Source of the DNA: a bacterium | Lineage (GTDB): Bacteria > SAR324 > JACQKK01 | DNA length: 64,000 nucleotides | Assembly (NCBI GenBank): GCA_965240465.1 | Contig: OZ251219.1 | Location: forward strand, 288,001-352,000 | Direction: 5' to 3' | Part shown: positions 9,710 through 20,526 of the stretch, in pieces | Layout: the number at the start of each line of letters is the position of its first letter | Position numbering within the stretch: the first letter of the stretch is position 1 | Program-made: the position numbers and the translations under genes | Notes under the pieces: model-generated | What the model saw: only the letters and a program-made list of their open reading frames with translations | Told to the model about the DNA's origin: nothing | The model's database searches: none

Positions 9710-10027
9710 ATTTCTCCTTGGGTTAGAATATCATTGTTGCAAATGCTATAAAATTTAATGCTCTGGAATGTTATGATGTCTCTTCAAGCAGAATATCAGC
9801 ACTACCACACAATAACATAGCTGAATAACATAGCTGAAATTCGTTGAGCAGACCTGGGCAAAATTGCAATAATCACTGCATATAGGGATGATTCTAACGC
9901 AATCAACCTACATAAGCAAATAGATATTCGTCAAAGTGTACTATTTGGAGCTAAAATTCGTATTTAAGCACAAAACATTCTTAACCACTCTGCACCTTTT
10001 ACTTAACTCACTTAACCTTATCACAGT

Positions 10028-10260
10028 ACTTCTAGCTATTCGTACAACACTTCTAGCCATTCGTACAACACTTCTAGCCATTCGTACAACACTTCTAGCC
10101 ATTCGTACAACACTTCTAGCTATTCGTACAACACTTCTAGCTATTCGTACAACACTTCTAGCCATTCGTACAACACTTCCAGCTATTCGTACAACACTTC
10201 CAGCTATTCGTACAACACTTCCAGCTATTCGTGCAACACTTCTAGCCATTCGTGCAACAC
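10028..10260. repeat. Tandem repeat, 21-bp unit ACTTCTAGCCATTCGTACAAC, ~11 copies
   Basis: Read directly. Confidence 0.95.
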
Positions 10261-10332
10261 AGCACCACCCTAAAACGTACCTTGCACCCGCCGCATTGGA
10301 ACACATAAATTATCCTGTGTCAAATTCATTTT

Positions 10333-11184
10333 TCATTTAATGGCCCCTATCTTTTGCCCAAGAAGTAGAGGTTTCCCTGGCTTTAATGAAGAAGAAAGAG
10401 TAACTGCATTAGGAGGAAAAACCAACATTAAGCTGGAGCCCATCAAGAATTTACCTAGTTCTTGATTTTGTTTCAAATTGCAAGTTGGCTTGATCTCCCT
10501 AAAGGTAGGTCGCCAATGAGATTGATTGTTAGTATCCCCAGAAAAAGAAAGCTGGATATTACTCACGCCCGTAGCCGCGATGGCAATGAATATCCACTGC
10601 CCAAAGGAGGAATTCATCCCGAGGGCAATACGCTCATTACGCAGAAATAGGCCAGGGATAGCACGCAATCCTAAAGGGCTTACAGTCCAGAGGTCACCGG
10701 GCATATGAACCAGCCATTTAATTTGGGCATCACAGGGGAGATGAAATCGGTGGTAATCACGCGGACTGAGGTAGATACTGAGGAATTTACCGCTTTCAAA
10801 TGCTGAGGCTGGGGGAGCCTTAGGAAAAATATTCGCCCCCCAGAGTCCGCCCAGGGAGCAAGACTGGTTTTTTATTTGCAGGAATTGCTCGTTATTAACC
10901 GTTCCGCCTTGGATGATCTTACCATCACAAGGAGATGAAAGGACTGGTGGTAGCGATAACTTACGTGCTTCGGGGCGTAAGGTGCGAACAAAGAATTCAT
11001 TGAAACACTGCCAGTCTGTTTTTTCAAATTGACCGAGGTTGATACGAAACCAGCCTGCATAAACACGGATGACACATTTAAGCAACCAAGCAGGAAGCGA
11101 TGCCGAAGCCAGTTTACCTAAACAGCTACTAAATAGTCGCTTTGGGAAACAGGTGAATAATACCCGATACAGTAGGGGTATCAT
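10333..11184 (-). CDS. psd: Phosphatidylserine decarboxylase proenzyme
   Basis: FNEFFVR, SPCDG, YLSPRDYHRFHLP, LFLRNER, FLMGSS autocleavage motif. Confidence 0.95.
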   Translation of the reverse strand: MIPLLYRVLFTCFPKRLFSSCLGKLASASLPAWLLKCVIRVYAGWFRINLGQFEKTDWQCFNEFFVRTLRPEARKLSLPPVLSSPCDGKIIQGGTVNNEQFLQIKNQSCSLGGLWGANIFPKAPPASAFESGKFLSIYLSPRDYHRFHLPCDAQIKWLVHMPGDLWTVSPLGLRAIPGLFLRNERIALGMNSSFGQWIFIAIAATGVSNIQLSFSGDTNNQSHWRPTFREIKPTCNLKQNQELGKFLMGSSLMLVFPPNAVTLSSSLKPGKPLLLGQKIGAIK

Positions 11185-12968
11185 GCTGTTTTGATTATTT
11201 TCAGTAATTCTTCGCTTTCTACGGTTTCTTTTTCCATCAGACGCTTAGCTAGGGCATGAAGCACTGCTAGGTTTTCGGAAAGCAATTTTTTAGCTTTTTG
11301 GTAGCAAGATTTCAGAATGCTGTTCATTTCAGCATCTATACACTCTGCAGTATATTCTCCATAAGGGCGTTCCACATTAATACTGCGACCTAAGAACATG
11401 TTTTGGGATTCATTTTCCAAATGCAGAGGTCCCAGTTTGCTCATGCCCCAAGCGGTAACCATCTTGCGTGCCGTGCGAGTAGCTTGCACAATATCGCCTC
11501 CAGCCCCAGTGGTTATTTCCCCAAATACCAATTCTTCGGCGGCCCGACCACCCATGGCTACCACAATAGACTCCAGCAAGTATTCCTTATCATGATTATG
11601 TAATTCCTCACGAGGCATAAAGCTAGTTAGTCCCAAGCAGTGACCACGAGGAATAATGGTGACCTTATGTACATCATCCGCCCGAGGCAATAACCCTCCC
11701 ACAATGGCATGACCTGCCTCGTGATAGGCAGTATTCTTACGCTCTTTGGCAGTCATCACCATGCTATGCCGCTCTGGCCCCATCAATAGCTTGTCCCGTG
11801 CCCATTCCAGATGCTCTAAAGCAACACTCTTATGATTGCAGCGAGCAGCATACAAGGCAGATTCGTTGATTAAATTACGCAAGTCGGCTCCAGAAAACCC
11901 TGGGGTTCCCCGAGCGACCACCGACAGATCTACTCCTTTTTTTAATCGCACCTTAGAAGCATGAATAGCCAAAATTCGTTTCCGACTACGCAAATCAGGC
12001 AAAGGAGCATTAACAGTACGGTCAAAACGACCAGGACGTAACAAAGCCCTATCCAACACATCAGCCCGATTGGTAGCCGCTAGTACCACCACCCCTTCTG
12101 AAGATTCAAAACCATCCATTTCCACCAAGATCTGATTCAAGGTTTGCTCGCGCTCATCATGACCATTCCCCAAGCCAGACCCCCGACGACGACCAACCGC
12201 ATCAATTTCATCCACAAACAAAATGCAAGGAGCATTCTTACGACCCTCCTCAAATAAATCACGCACCCGACTAGCTCCCACTCCCACAAACATCTCTACA
12301 AAATCTGAACCGCTCACCGAAAAAAATGGCACTCCTGACTCACCAGCTACCGCTTTCGCTAACAAGGTCTTGCCACTGCCCGGAGGCCCTACCAATAACA
12401 CCCCCTTGGGAATACGACCTCCTAACTTGCTAAATTTCTTAGGATCCTTCAAAAACTCAACAATCTCCACCAACTCCTCTTTGGCTTCTTCCACTCCAGC
12501 AATATCTGCAAAAGTTACCTTCTGTTTCGCTTCATCCGCCCGATAAGCACGACTCTTCCCCAACGAAAATAATTTACTCCCCAACCCGCCACGCATACGC
12601 CTAGCAAAAAAAACAAAAACCACCACCAGCAAAAGTAAGGGACCCCAACCCGCCAAAAATCGCAAAGGCCACGAACCAACCTCCGGCGAACGAACCGAAA
12701 TAACTACCCTCTGGCTACGCAGTAATGGCACCAATCCCGCGTCCGATGGCGTAATTACCTTAATCTTCTCGCCACTCTTTAAGGTCCCAAAAACGTTATC
12801 CCCAGACATCAGCACTTCCGATACCTCCCCCTGCTTCACCTGCGATAAAAAATCACTGTACGCCAGCTCCTGATCCCCCGTCCCCTTGTGTGCCAAACCA
12901 TTCAGCAACATGATGAACCCCACTACTGCCACTAAACCCAATAAGAATTTCCTGTTTTGCTTTTCCAT
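11181..12968 (-). CDS. ftsH: ATP-dependent zinc metalloprotease FtsH
   Basis: Two TM helices, [28 protein letters not shown]. Confidence 0.98.
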   Translation of the reverse strand: MEKQNRKFLLGLVAVVGFIMLLNGLAHKGTGDQELAYSDFLSQVKQGEVSEVLMSGDNVFGTLKSGEKIKVITPSDAGLVPLLRSQRVVISVRSPEVGSWPLRFLAGWGPLLLLVVVFVFFARRMRGGLGSKLFSLGKSRAYRADEAKQKVTFADIAGVEEAKEELVEIVEFLKDPKKFSKLGGRIPKGVLLVGPPGSGKTLLAKAVAGESGVPFFSVSGSDFVEMFVGVGASRVRDLFEEGRKNAPCILFVDEIDAVGRRRGSGLGNGHDEREQTLNQILVEMDGFESSEGVVVLAATNRADVLDRALLRPGRFDRTVNAPLPDLRSRKRILAIHASKVRLKKGVDLSVVARGTPGFSGADLRNLINESALYAARCNHKSVALEHLEWARDKLLMGPERHSMVMTAKERKNTAYHEAGHAIVGGLLPRADDVHKVTIIPRGHCLGLTSFMPREELHNHDKEYLLESIVVAMGGRAAEELVFGEITTGAGGDIVQATRTARKMVTAWGMSKLGPLHLENESQNMFLGRSINVERPYGEYTAECIDAEMNSILKSCYQKAKKLLSENLAVLHALAKRLMEKETVESEELLKIIKTA

Positions 12969-13077
12969 CTACCAATTCCAATCGCCAAAAACTCCACTGA
13001 TAAAAACACTCACTCCCCAACCATCCTCAACCATCCTCCCTCTTCCCATCCTAACATACATAAGTCAACGCAACTTC

Positions 13078-14535
13078 TCAAAACCCCCTGGATTTAGGAG
13101 AATATGCCTGAAAAATGATATGCCGCTCGCCAATCTCGCTGGATACCACCTTCGGGAGCTCTCTCCCATTAGAGATTCCATCAGCTCTCCCATTATAGAC
13201 TCCATCGGCTCTCCCATCGGATACTCCATCGGCTCTCCCATTAGAGATTCCATCAGCTCTCCCATTAGAGACTCCATCGGCTCTCCCATCGGATACTCCA
13301 TCAGCTCTCCCATTAGAGACTCCATCGGCTCTCCCATCAGAGACATTTTTGGGGATCTCAATAGATACTTGGTTAATATTTCTAACTCCAGATTTCACAC
13401 AACGCCCGATCTCGCGTACCTCTAGTTCTAAAGGCTTGGCTAATTCTTCAAGCACCCGTACCAGCCGAGGATCACCAATTACCTCCATGCGATGCCCCAT
13501 ATTGAACACTTGGTACATATCCCTCCGAGATGCTTGGCTGGTATTTGCTATCAATTCAAATAGCGGTGGCGGATCAAATAGATTGTCTTTAACATAGTTG
13601 ATTTCGTGTCCCAGTCTTAAGCACTTGGTTTGACCACCTCCAGTGCAGTGTACCAGCCCCGATACCAAATCTGAATGTTTTTCCAGCAATGGTTTGATGA
13701 TGGGAATGTAGCTCCGAGTAGGGGAAAGAAGGGCTTGCCCGATGGAAAGCGGTGTGCCTTCAAGGGTATCTTGGATGGAAAAATTGCCTTTATAATGCAG
13801 ATTTGAATCAACGAGGCGGGGTTCCAAGGTTTCGGGGTATTGCTTGGCGTAGCTTTCTGAGAGTAAGTCATGGCGGGCAGAAGTGAGACCATTGCTACCT
13901 ATCCCGCTATTGTACTGCTCTTCATAAGTTGTTTTGCCAAAAGATGACAATCCTACTATGACATCCCCTGGGGCAATTTTACTGCCATCTATCACTCGGG
14001 ATTTTTTCATTCGGGTAGTCAGGGTGACATCCACCAGCATGGTTCGCACGACATCTCCTACATCGGCAGTTTCTCCGCCTGTCAGGCAGACTTCCACTCC
14101 CCATTTCTTAAAAAACTCCGCTGATTTCCTAAGTCCACGCAAGAAAGCTTCCAAAGCCTCTGGTGGCAAGCGATGGGTATTGCGAGCAACCGTATTAGAA
14201 CACAAATAGGGACCCAAAGCCCCCACGCACAACATATCATCGGTATTCATTACTAAGGCATCATGTGCCAAACTTTCAAAGCCCTGTAAATCCCCTGTTT
14301 CCTCGTAATATAGATATGCAACTATGCCCTTGCTTCCAGCTCCATCGGTATGTTGCAAAGAGCACCACTCGGGATCATTTCCCAATAAATCCTCAGTCAA
14401 ATTGCAGAATGCCCCCTTAAAAATAAATCCGTTCGTATTGGCAGCTGCCACCCTGCGGACTTCGTCCTTATGGGCTGAGACCCCACGCTTAGAATATATT
14501 TCTGGGTCTTTTTCTAGTTTTCTAGCTGGTTCCAT
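13078..14535 (-). CDS. purM: AIR synthase (phosphoribosylformylglycinamidine cyclo-ligase) with repeat-derived C-terminal tail
   Basis: YSKRGVSAHK, DGAGSK, MNTDD, GGETADVGD, SNGLT, HCTGGG, FNMGHRME. Confidence 0.85.
   Translation of the reverse strand: MEPARKLEKDPEIYSKRGVSAHKDEVRRVAAANTNGFIFKGAFCNLTEDLLGNDPEWCSLQHTDGAGSKGIVAYLYYEETGDLQGFESLAHDALVMNTDDMLCVGALGPYLCSNTVARNTHRLPPEALEAFLRGLRKSAEFFKKWGVEVCLTGGETADVGDVVRTMLVDVTLTTRMKKSRVIDGSKIAPGDVIVGLSSFGKTTYEEQYNSGIGSNGLTSARHDLLSESYAKQYPETLEPRLVDSNLHYKGNFSIQDTLEGTPLSIGQALLSPTRSYIPIIKPLLEKHSDLVSGLVHCTGGGQTKCLRLGHEINYVKDNLFDPPPLFELIANTSQASRRDMYQVFNMGHRMEVIGDPRLVRVLEELAKPLELEVREIGRCVKSGVRNINQVSIEIPKNVSDGRADGVSNGRADGVSDGRADGVSNGRADGISNGRADGVSDGRADGVYNGRADGISNGRELPKVVSSEIGERHIIFQAYSPKSRGF
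13161..13344. repeat. In-frame 24-bp tandem repeat (GRADGVS[ND]), ~7.5 copies, in the purM 3' end
   Basis: Unit CTCTCCCATTAGAGACTCCATCGG and variants. Confidence 0.93.
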
Positions 14536-14672
14536 TTATCTAGCAAAGAATATGTCGGATAATTTGGGAATGCAATCTGCTTCCATTTAGTCCCCCAGTA
14601 TCTCCATTCTTCCATGCCCTTACCCTAGCAACAAGAATTTAATTCTTCAATCAAAATATTTCTTTGGAGGGA

Positions 14673-15737
14673 CTATCGCCAAGATTTTATTAGCATGCAG
14701 TCTCCATAGCTATAGAAGCGATATTTTTGCTGGATGGCTTCATGGTAAGCATTTAGTAGCTGAGTGCGGCCATGGAAAGCTGCAGTAAGCAGTATCAGAC
14801 TGCTGGCGGGGAGGTGAAAGTTCGTCAGCAAGCCATCTACCACCAAGAAGCGATGCCCTGGGCGGATAAATAGCAGGCTATTTCCCTGAAAAAAAGCGGG
14901 CGATTGATGTTCTCCCCATGTTTCCAGTGCTCTGACGGTGGTAGTACCGATTGCTACCACTGGATTTTGGTGCTTTTTAGCGTGTTTGATGGCTTGTACG
15001 GTTTCGGTAGGGATGTTTATCCATTCGGCTGCCAGTTGGTTTTTTTTAAGTTGTTCAGCAGTAAGAGGGGTAAATGTGCCTACTCCTATGTGGAGGGTGA
15101 TAAATGCCAGCTTAATTTCTTTTTCTTGGAGTTCCTTCAAGGTGCGAGCAGTAAAGTGCATGGCAGCCGTGGGAGCCGCGATGGAACCATCACAGCGAGC
15201 AAATATGGTTTGGTAGTCATTTTTATCGGCAGCCGCGGTAGCCACCCGAGTAGGATTTAAGCGGCGTATGTAGGGGGGCAAGGGTGCTAATCCATGTTGC
15301 TGTAGTCGGTCTTTTAGGGTTTTGGGATTTTCAAATTCTAATAACCATTGTTCGTCATGCTCTCCGCAACGCTCTAGAGCCACCGCTTTTAGGTCTCCTC
15401 TGGCAAAGGAAATCAGCATGCCCGACTTCACCCGACGAGCTCGCTTTATCAAGGCCTGCCACCTCCCTTCGGTGCATTGCTGGGTCAGTAGAGCCTCCAA
15501 GAGCACCCCATTTGGGAGGCGTGCCTCCAAAAGACAAGGCTGCACTCGGGTATCATTAACTACCAGCAGAGAACGCGGCGGAAGCAACTGGGGAAATTGC
15601 TGAAATCGGCGATGCTCCCAATCATCACTACCGCGCGGCAAGACCATCATGCGAGAGACATCAGCGGGCTTACACGAATATTGTGCCACTAATTCATCAG
15701 GCAGGGTGTAGCGATACGCGTCCAGCTCACTAGTCAT
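14673..15737 (-). CDS. queA: S-adenosylmethionine:tRNA ribosyltransferase-isomerase
   Basis: LVVNDTRV, PLPPYI, YQTIFA, AAPTAAMHF, LTNFHLP, YRFYSYGDCM. Confidence 0.97.
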   Translation of the reverse strand: MTSELDAYRYTLPDELVAQYSCKPADVSRMMVLPRGSDDWEHRRFQQFPQLLPPRSLLVVNDTRVQPCLLEARLPNGVLLEALLTQQCTEGRWQALIKRARRVKSGMLISFARGDLKAVALERCGEHDEQWLLEFENPKTLKDRLQQHGLAPLPPYIRRLNPTRVATAAADKNDYQTIFARCDGSIAAPTAAMHFTARTLKELQEKEIKLAFITLHIGVGTFTPLTAEQLKKNQLAAEWINIPTETVQAIKHAKKHQNPVVAIGTTTVRALETWGEHQSPAFFQGNSLLFIRPGHRFLVVDGLLTNFHLPASSLILLTAAFHGRTQLLNAYHEAIQQKYRFYSYGDCMLIKSWR

Positions 15738-15821
15738 TGTTGCTAATTCTTGTTGCTAATCCTTGCTGCTAATCCTTGCTGCTAATCCTTGCTGCTAATC
15801 CTTGCTGCTAATCCTTGCTGC
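15737..15821. repeat. Tandem repeat, 13-bp unit TGCTAATCCTTGC, ~6.5 copies, abutting the queA start
   Basis: Read directly. Confidence 0.92.
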
Positions 15822-16026
15822 GAATTGTGTCACTTTTGCCAGTGAGCTTCTCAATTTAGTTCTCACAAATTATTGTCACGAATTTTATAGTCACGAACTA
15901 TTGCCACGAACTATAGCGTGCCTAAAATCCGTGAATAACAAGCATTCAAGAAGAATTGTGGAGGAGAGTTTTTTGCTGAGAACCACAATTGAGAAGCTAA
16001 TTATTGAGAAGCTAATTGTAGAGAAG

Positions 16027-16584
16027 CTAATTGTGGAGGAGAGTTTTTTGCTGAGAACCACAATGAGGACAAGTAGCCACCGATAAACCCAGCCTGCGAC
16101 CACAACTGGTACACGGTCTGTGGTCCCAGCGATCCAACCTACCCTGACTACGAAAAGCAGGCTCCTTTTTGAAAACCCGAGCCTCCTTGCCATCCACTTT
16201 GGTGGTGGAATTATCACTTCTTTCTGCTAAGAGGGAGTATTCCATATCGTTCCAGTTTTTGACATAGGACCTGAATTGCAATCCAAAGCGGATCAACGCC
16301 AAAAATAAAAGCAGCGATAACACCATCGGCACATAGGACAACCAACTCGGAAACTCACCCTTAAAGCTCAGTAGTACCAAAACGGTAAGCAGAGTGAGGC
16401 AAAGTGCTACCCAGTTTAATCGCATAGCATCCACCAACAACCGATGCTGATGCTGAAATAAGCCCCAGAACTGCAAGCGATAATTCGTCCCCGTAGCACC
16501 CCATTCCAAATTGCCACTGCCTTTACGACGAGCAATAGGGATTCTTTTGAAAATATCAGAACCTAGCATTTGCTTTTGTCTCAC
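16027..16584 (-). CDS. Hypothetical membrane protein with C-terminal zinc ribbon
   Basis: Two hydrophobic helices; CTSC...CPHC; its last ~36 bp are duplicated at ~15954-15990, with 15-bp repeats between the copies. Confidence 0.65.
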   Translation of the reverse strand: MRQKQMLGSDIFKRIPIARRKGSGNLEWGATGTNYRLQFWGLFQHQHRLLVDAMRLNWVALCLTLLTVLVLLSFKGEFPSWLSYVPMVLSLLLFLALIRFGLQFRSYVKNWNDMEYSLLAERSDNSTTKVDGKEARVFKKEPAFRSQGRLDRWDHRPCTSCGRRLGLSVATCPHCGSQQKTLLHN

Positions 16585-16665
16585 TAATGAATTGCATGGT
16601 AGCCATCAGTTATCGCGAAAAATAGGGGTGACCTGTTTTCTCATTAAGAATAGCGAGGGAAGGAA

Positions 16666-16739
<74 letters not shown>

Positions 16740-16888
16740 CCAATCTACAAGCCTATACCCCTCACTCCTGCTTGAAAAAATACTTATGCAAAATCTCTCA
16801 ACTATATCAATCATCTTAGCTATTCCTTTGGTTACCTAATAAGTGGCAATGCATATTCCTTACCTACATCCTCGCCCGAGAGCAAAAA

Positions 16889-16962
16889 AGCGGGAAACGG
16901 GATTCGAACCCGCGACCCTCAGCTTGGAAGGCTGATGCTCTAGCCAACTGAGCTACTCCCGC
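16889..16962 (-). tRNA. tRNA-Gly(TCC)
   Basis: GCGGGAGTAGCTCAGTTGG...TCAGC-CTTCCAA-GCTGA...GGTTCGAATCCCGTTTCCCGC-T. Confidence 0.95.
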
Positions 16963-17127
16963 GTACCGCTGAATTGCTAATCTAAAAAATAACAGCTGAT
17001 AAGTCAAGCCAACAAGATACTTTATTTCATGGTAGACTGAAAAATATCCTCTTTGTGGTGGATAAATTGCCCTTCGGCAGATAACCTTGAAATATCCTCT
17101 TTTTATTTCTCATTGTACTTTTTAACT

Positions 17128-17367
17128 ATGTCCGAACCTAGTCAAAAACAAGCTTCCGAACTGGAAGATCTACTGGAATTAGTTTTTATGTTTCATCGTG
17201 GTGATCGCGACAAAGTAGATGACTGGTTGCGTGCCAGCCACGCCTCCTTAGGTGGAAAAACCCCCATGGATGTCATCCGTAGTGGTAATTATCGCGATAT
17301 CGTAGACATCATCAGGATAGAGAGCGGCGCCCTGGATGATGATCCCCGATTTAAGGTACAAAAATAA
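17128..17367 (+). CDS. Xre/MbcA/ParS antitoxin C-terminal (toxin-binding) domain protein
   Basis: GDRDKVDDWLRASHASLGGKTPMDVI...IESG matches the W-L..P...LGG.TP pattern. Confidence 0.75.
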   Translation: MSEPSQKQASELEDLLELVFMFHRGDRDKVDDWLRASHASLGGKTPMDVIRSGNYRDIVDIIRIESGALDDDPRFKVQK

Positions 17368-17445
17368 TCTCCCTCCCCAAAATAGATACCCAGAATAGAT
17401 AAAGGCGATACGATCATAGATCCCGCCCGCTATAAACTCCGCCCG

Positions 17446-18225
17446 CTATAAATTCCATCCGCCACTGATGGTAACATTGGCACCGCTGATGTATTCGGCT
17501 GGCGGCGAGCAGAGATAGTCTATGGCAGAGATGACATCCCTAAAGCTGCCTTTGCGTTTGAGAGGAAAGTTGATTTTATCATCGGTAGGGAGTTTCAAGC
17601 TATTGTGAAGCATGCCCGGCGATACCATGTTAACCCGAATACCAGCTGGAGCTAGTTGTTGAGCAAAGCTTCGTGTTAGTACATTCACTCCTAGTTTGGA
17701 AATATGATAGGCGGGGTCGTTGCTATGAGCGGTAATGCGGTCGGCAGCAGCATCTCCTATGTTGATTATTGAAGATGGCGCCCCGCGTCGTAGCAAGTCT
17801 TGAGCTAGCAATATCAGGTGATGGACTGCGGCACAGTTGACCTCCAAGGTATTAGAGAAAGCCGATGCTTCCCATTTATCAAATGGTGCCGAGCGGAATA
17901 CCGCGGCATTGTTGATAAGCAAGCACAAGCTCGGGCAACATTTTCTCACTTGGGCGAAGAGGCCTTCACGAGCTGCGGGTTGAGAGAGATCTGCCTGCAG
18001 GACTTCCACTTGAGAACCTTGCGATTGAGCTTGGCGGGCAATTTCTTCTACTGCCTGTAAGCTGGAGTTGGCATGTAGCATCAAATGTACTGGCTTTTGG
18101 CTCCAATGCAGAGCTAAGGCATGTCCTAATCCGCGACCAGCCCCAGTAATTAGCACGCCTTTTTTAGCGTCCCTTTTGATGTCTCTCTTGGTGTCTTTTT
18201 TTGGAAGGTTGTGGATATCTGTCAT
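17446..18225 (-). CDS. SDR family oxidoreductase, pteridine reductase/FolM-like
   Basis: TGAGRGLG, NNAA, IINIGD, YHISK, VNMVSPG; adjacent to folB. Confidence 0.85.
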   Translation of the reverse strand: MTDIHNLPKKDTKRDIKRDAKKGVLITGAGRGLGHALALHWSQKPVHLMLHANSSLQAVEEIARQAQSQGSQVEVLQADLSQPAAREGLFAQVRKCCPSLCLLINNAAVFRSAPFDKWEASAFSNTLEVNCAAVHHLILLAQDLLRRGAPSSIINIGDAAADRITAHSNDPAYHISKLGVNVLTRSFAQQLAPAGIRVNMVSPGMLHNSLKLPTDDKINFPLKRKGSFRDVISAIDYLCSPPAEYISGANVTISGGWNL

Positions 18226-18288
18226 GGAAGATTCTTGGGCAAGAAGATTTCTGGGCAGGAAGATTTCTAGGCAGGAAGATTTCTAGGC
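18226..18288. repeat. Tandem repeat, 16-bp unit GGCAGGAAGATTTCT[AG], ~3.5 copies
   Basis: Read directly; abuts the SDR start. Confidence 0.85.
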
Positions 18289-18404
18289 GGAATGAATTAA
18301 AGCTGTTCTTTGGTTTGTATTAGCTGTTGGCACTACTACTGGAGACGCTGCTACTAGAGGCACTACCGAGGTTGGCATCCCTGCTACAAAACATTGTTAC
18401 TGGC

Positions 18405-18893
18405 TTATTTCTGTTTGTTCGGATGATGCCTATAAAATAAGCTGACCGCGGCGGCTTTGGCTTGGGTCATCGCCTGAGGTTTCCTGATGATCAGACGCAA
18501 CCAGTGAAATCCGAACTGCTGGCAAAGCTGGCACGCTAATTTTCTGATAAGAGTTTCTAATAAATGAAATTTTCCTTGACGGATAAAATCACTGGTAGCT
18601 TCAGCTAGTTTTACATAGTCCACCGTGTGTTTCAGTTGTCCGCTCTCGGCAGCTACCGAAAAATCTGCCCTCGCGATTATATCCACCAGCAATGGTTGTT
18701 CCCGCTGGCGTTCACGAGGTAGCACTCCCACAATGCAGTTGACCGTGAGCTCTTCTATCCTAATGGTCTCTACCCATTCAGCATCAGCAACCGAGCCAGA
18801 CTGGGTGGTAATGATAACCTCCTCAGGTATGCTATCTTCCGTGTTGTCTTTACTACCCCGAGCATCAAAATTGTGGTGGTTATCTATCAACAT
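18405..18893 (-). CDS. folB: Dihydroneopterin aldolase with N-terminal extension
   Basis: VGVLPRERQREQPLLVD, TVDY, FHLLE, IRKPQA; start uncertain. Confidence 0.88.
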   Translation of the reverse strand: MLIDNHHNFDARGSKDNTEDSIPEEVIITTQSGSVADAEWVETIRIEELTVNCIVGVLPRERQREQPLLVDIIARADFSVAAESGQLKHTVDYVKLAEATSDFIRQGKFHLLETLIRKLACQLCQQFGFHWLRLIIRKPQAMTQAKAAAVSLFYRHHPNKQK

Positions 18894-18946
18894 GGCACAA
18901 ATATCAAAGCCTGAAGGGAACAAAAGATCAAAGACGAGCCTACTGC

Positions 18947-19051
18947 CTCAGGTTTGGCATCGCGGGTTGGGCATCTCAGGTTGGGCATCGCAGGTTTGGC
19001 ATCTCGGGTTGGGCATCTCAGGTTTGGCGTCTCAGGTTGGACATCTCAGGT
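18947..19051. repeat. Tandem repeat, 14-bp unit CTCAGGTTGGGCAT and variants, ~7.5 copies, overlapping the gshA stop
   Basis: Read directly. Confidence 0.9.
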
Positions 19052-20526
19052 GGTACTGCGTCCAGGGAGGCTATTAGTTGTTGGCTGGAGGCGTGGTTGT
19101 TGACGAAAAAATCTGAGTTAAAGATACCGTTTATATCTTGTTTCCAAGCTCCGTGCCACAAATCTAGCAGTCGCTCTGCTTGGCTACGCTCTTCTATCAC
19201 TTCCCATAGAGGATTAAGATAACCTCGCTCATCCGCTTGGAGAGGCTCGCTACCGAGTCTTCTAATGCCGAGTCTTCTAATGCCGAGTCTTCTAATGCCG
19301 AGTCTTCTAATGCCGAGTCTTTGCAGACCTCCAGCAGCGATATCCAGTACTTCACGTCCCCAAGCCCGTAAAGGACGCTTAAGCAGCTGAGCTTCCAGTC
19401 CTTTAACAATGGCTTGATGCTGGAGAGCATCCATATCTGTGGGAGGCCATTCGGCTACCAAGTCTTCCAAGGCGGATAAGGCATGTGACTCATAGAACAA
19501 GCCGCGAGATAGGGCGGTCAGGACACATACCATGCTGGGTAAGCCCATATCGGCAGGACGCCACTCAATGAATTGCTTCAGTCGTGCGTGAGGAAATATG
19601 GTAGTCAAGTGCATTTCCCAGTCTTCTTCTAGGGCTTGCTCTCCTTGCATGCCATGCTCTAAGAAAGCCCTAAAACTCAGCCCTGAACAATCCAAATGCC
19701 GACCCTGACGCTGAATAAAAAACATGGGAACATCCAGGGCGTACTGGACATAATCTGCATAGCCAAAGTCGGCATGCAGAGCTCGCTTAATAAACCCACC
19801 GCGATGAGAATCTACATGCTCCCAGATCCAAGCTCTCTCGGATAAACGACCGCACGGTTTTCCGTCTACAAAGGGAGAAGCCGCAAACAGGGCGGTTACT
19901 AGGGGCGTCAATAGTAACATTAGACGCAATTTGCGTCCCATATCGGACTCATCGGAATAGTCCAAGTTAACTTGTACCGTGCAGGTATGCTGCATCATGT
20001 CCAGAGCCATAGATCCTCTGGTGGATAGATATTTCCGCATTATCGCATAACGCTCTTTGGGTACCCAAGGAGAATCAGCCTCGTGCACAAAGGGAATACG
20101 CCCGATTGTGAGCCATCCCAAGCCGAGTTCAGCTGAAATGCCTTGAATTTCTTTTAGATGCTCTCCCATCTCATGACATGTATGATAGGTATCTGGCTGT
20201 ACCAAGCCGCTTAGCTCAAATTGTCCGCCTGGTTCCAGCGTGATAAAGGATCCATCTTTTCTTTTAAGGGCAATAGGATGCTTACCCTCATAAACCGCCT
20301 GCCCGATTGATTTATCTGCTAGTTTCTCCAGCAAGATATTAATTCCAGCTTGATTTTTTGTTCCATGGTAGGGCAAGCGAGAATTATTGGATAAGAACCC
20401 AAATTTCTCATGCTCTGTACCTACTCCCCAACTTGAGCGAGGTTTCTCGCCGCGTAGAAATATGGAGCATAAGTCCGATTCCTTACGAATAGGAGGAGAA
20501 TCTCCCTTGAAATTGGTGGTGGACAT
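19018..20526 (-). CDS. gshA: Glutamate--cysteine ligase (GCS2 family, plant/alphaproteobacterial type)
   Basis: GTEHEKF, ITLEPGGQFELSG, PKERYAIM, TCTVQVNLD, WEMHLTTIFP; internal LGIRR x4 insertion. Confidence 0.92.
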   Translation of the reverse strand: MSTTNFKGDSPPIRKESDLCSIFLRGEKPRSSWGVGTEHEKFGFLSNNSRLPYHGTKNQAGINILLEKLADKSIGQAVYEGKHPIALKRKDGSFITLEPGGQFELSGLVQPDTYHTCHEMGEHLKEIQGISAELGLGWLTIGRIPFVHEADSPWVPKERYAIMRKYLSTRGSMALDMMQHTCTVQVNLDYSDESDMGRKLRLMLLLTPLVTALFAASPFVDGKPCGRLSERAWIWEHVDSHRGGFIKRALHADFGYADYVQYALDVPMFFIQRQGRHLDCSGLSFRAFLEHGMQGEQALEEDWEMHLTTIFPHARLKQFIEWRPADMGLPSMVCVLTALSRGLFYESHALSALEDLVAEWPPTDMDALQHQAIVKGLEAQLLKRPLRAWGREVLDIAAGGLQRLGIRRLGIRRLGIRRLGIRRLGSEPLQADERGYLNPLWEVIEERSQAERLLDLWHGAWKQDINGIFNSDFFVNNHASSQQLIASLDAVPPEMSNLRRQT

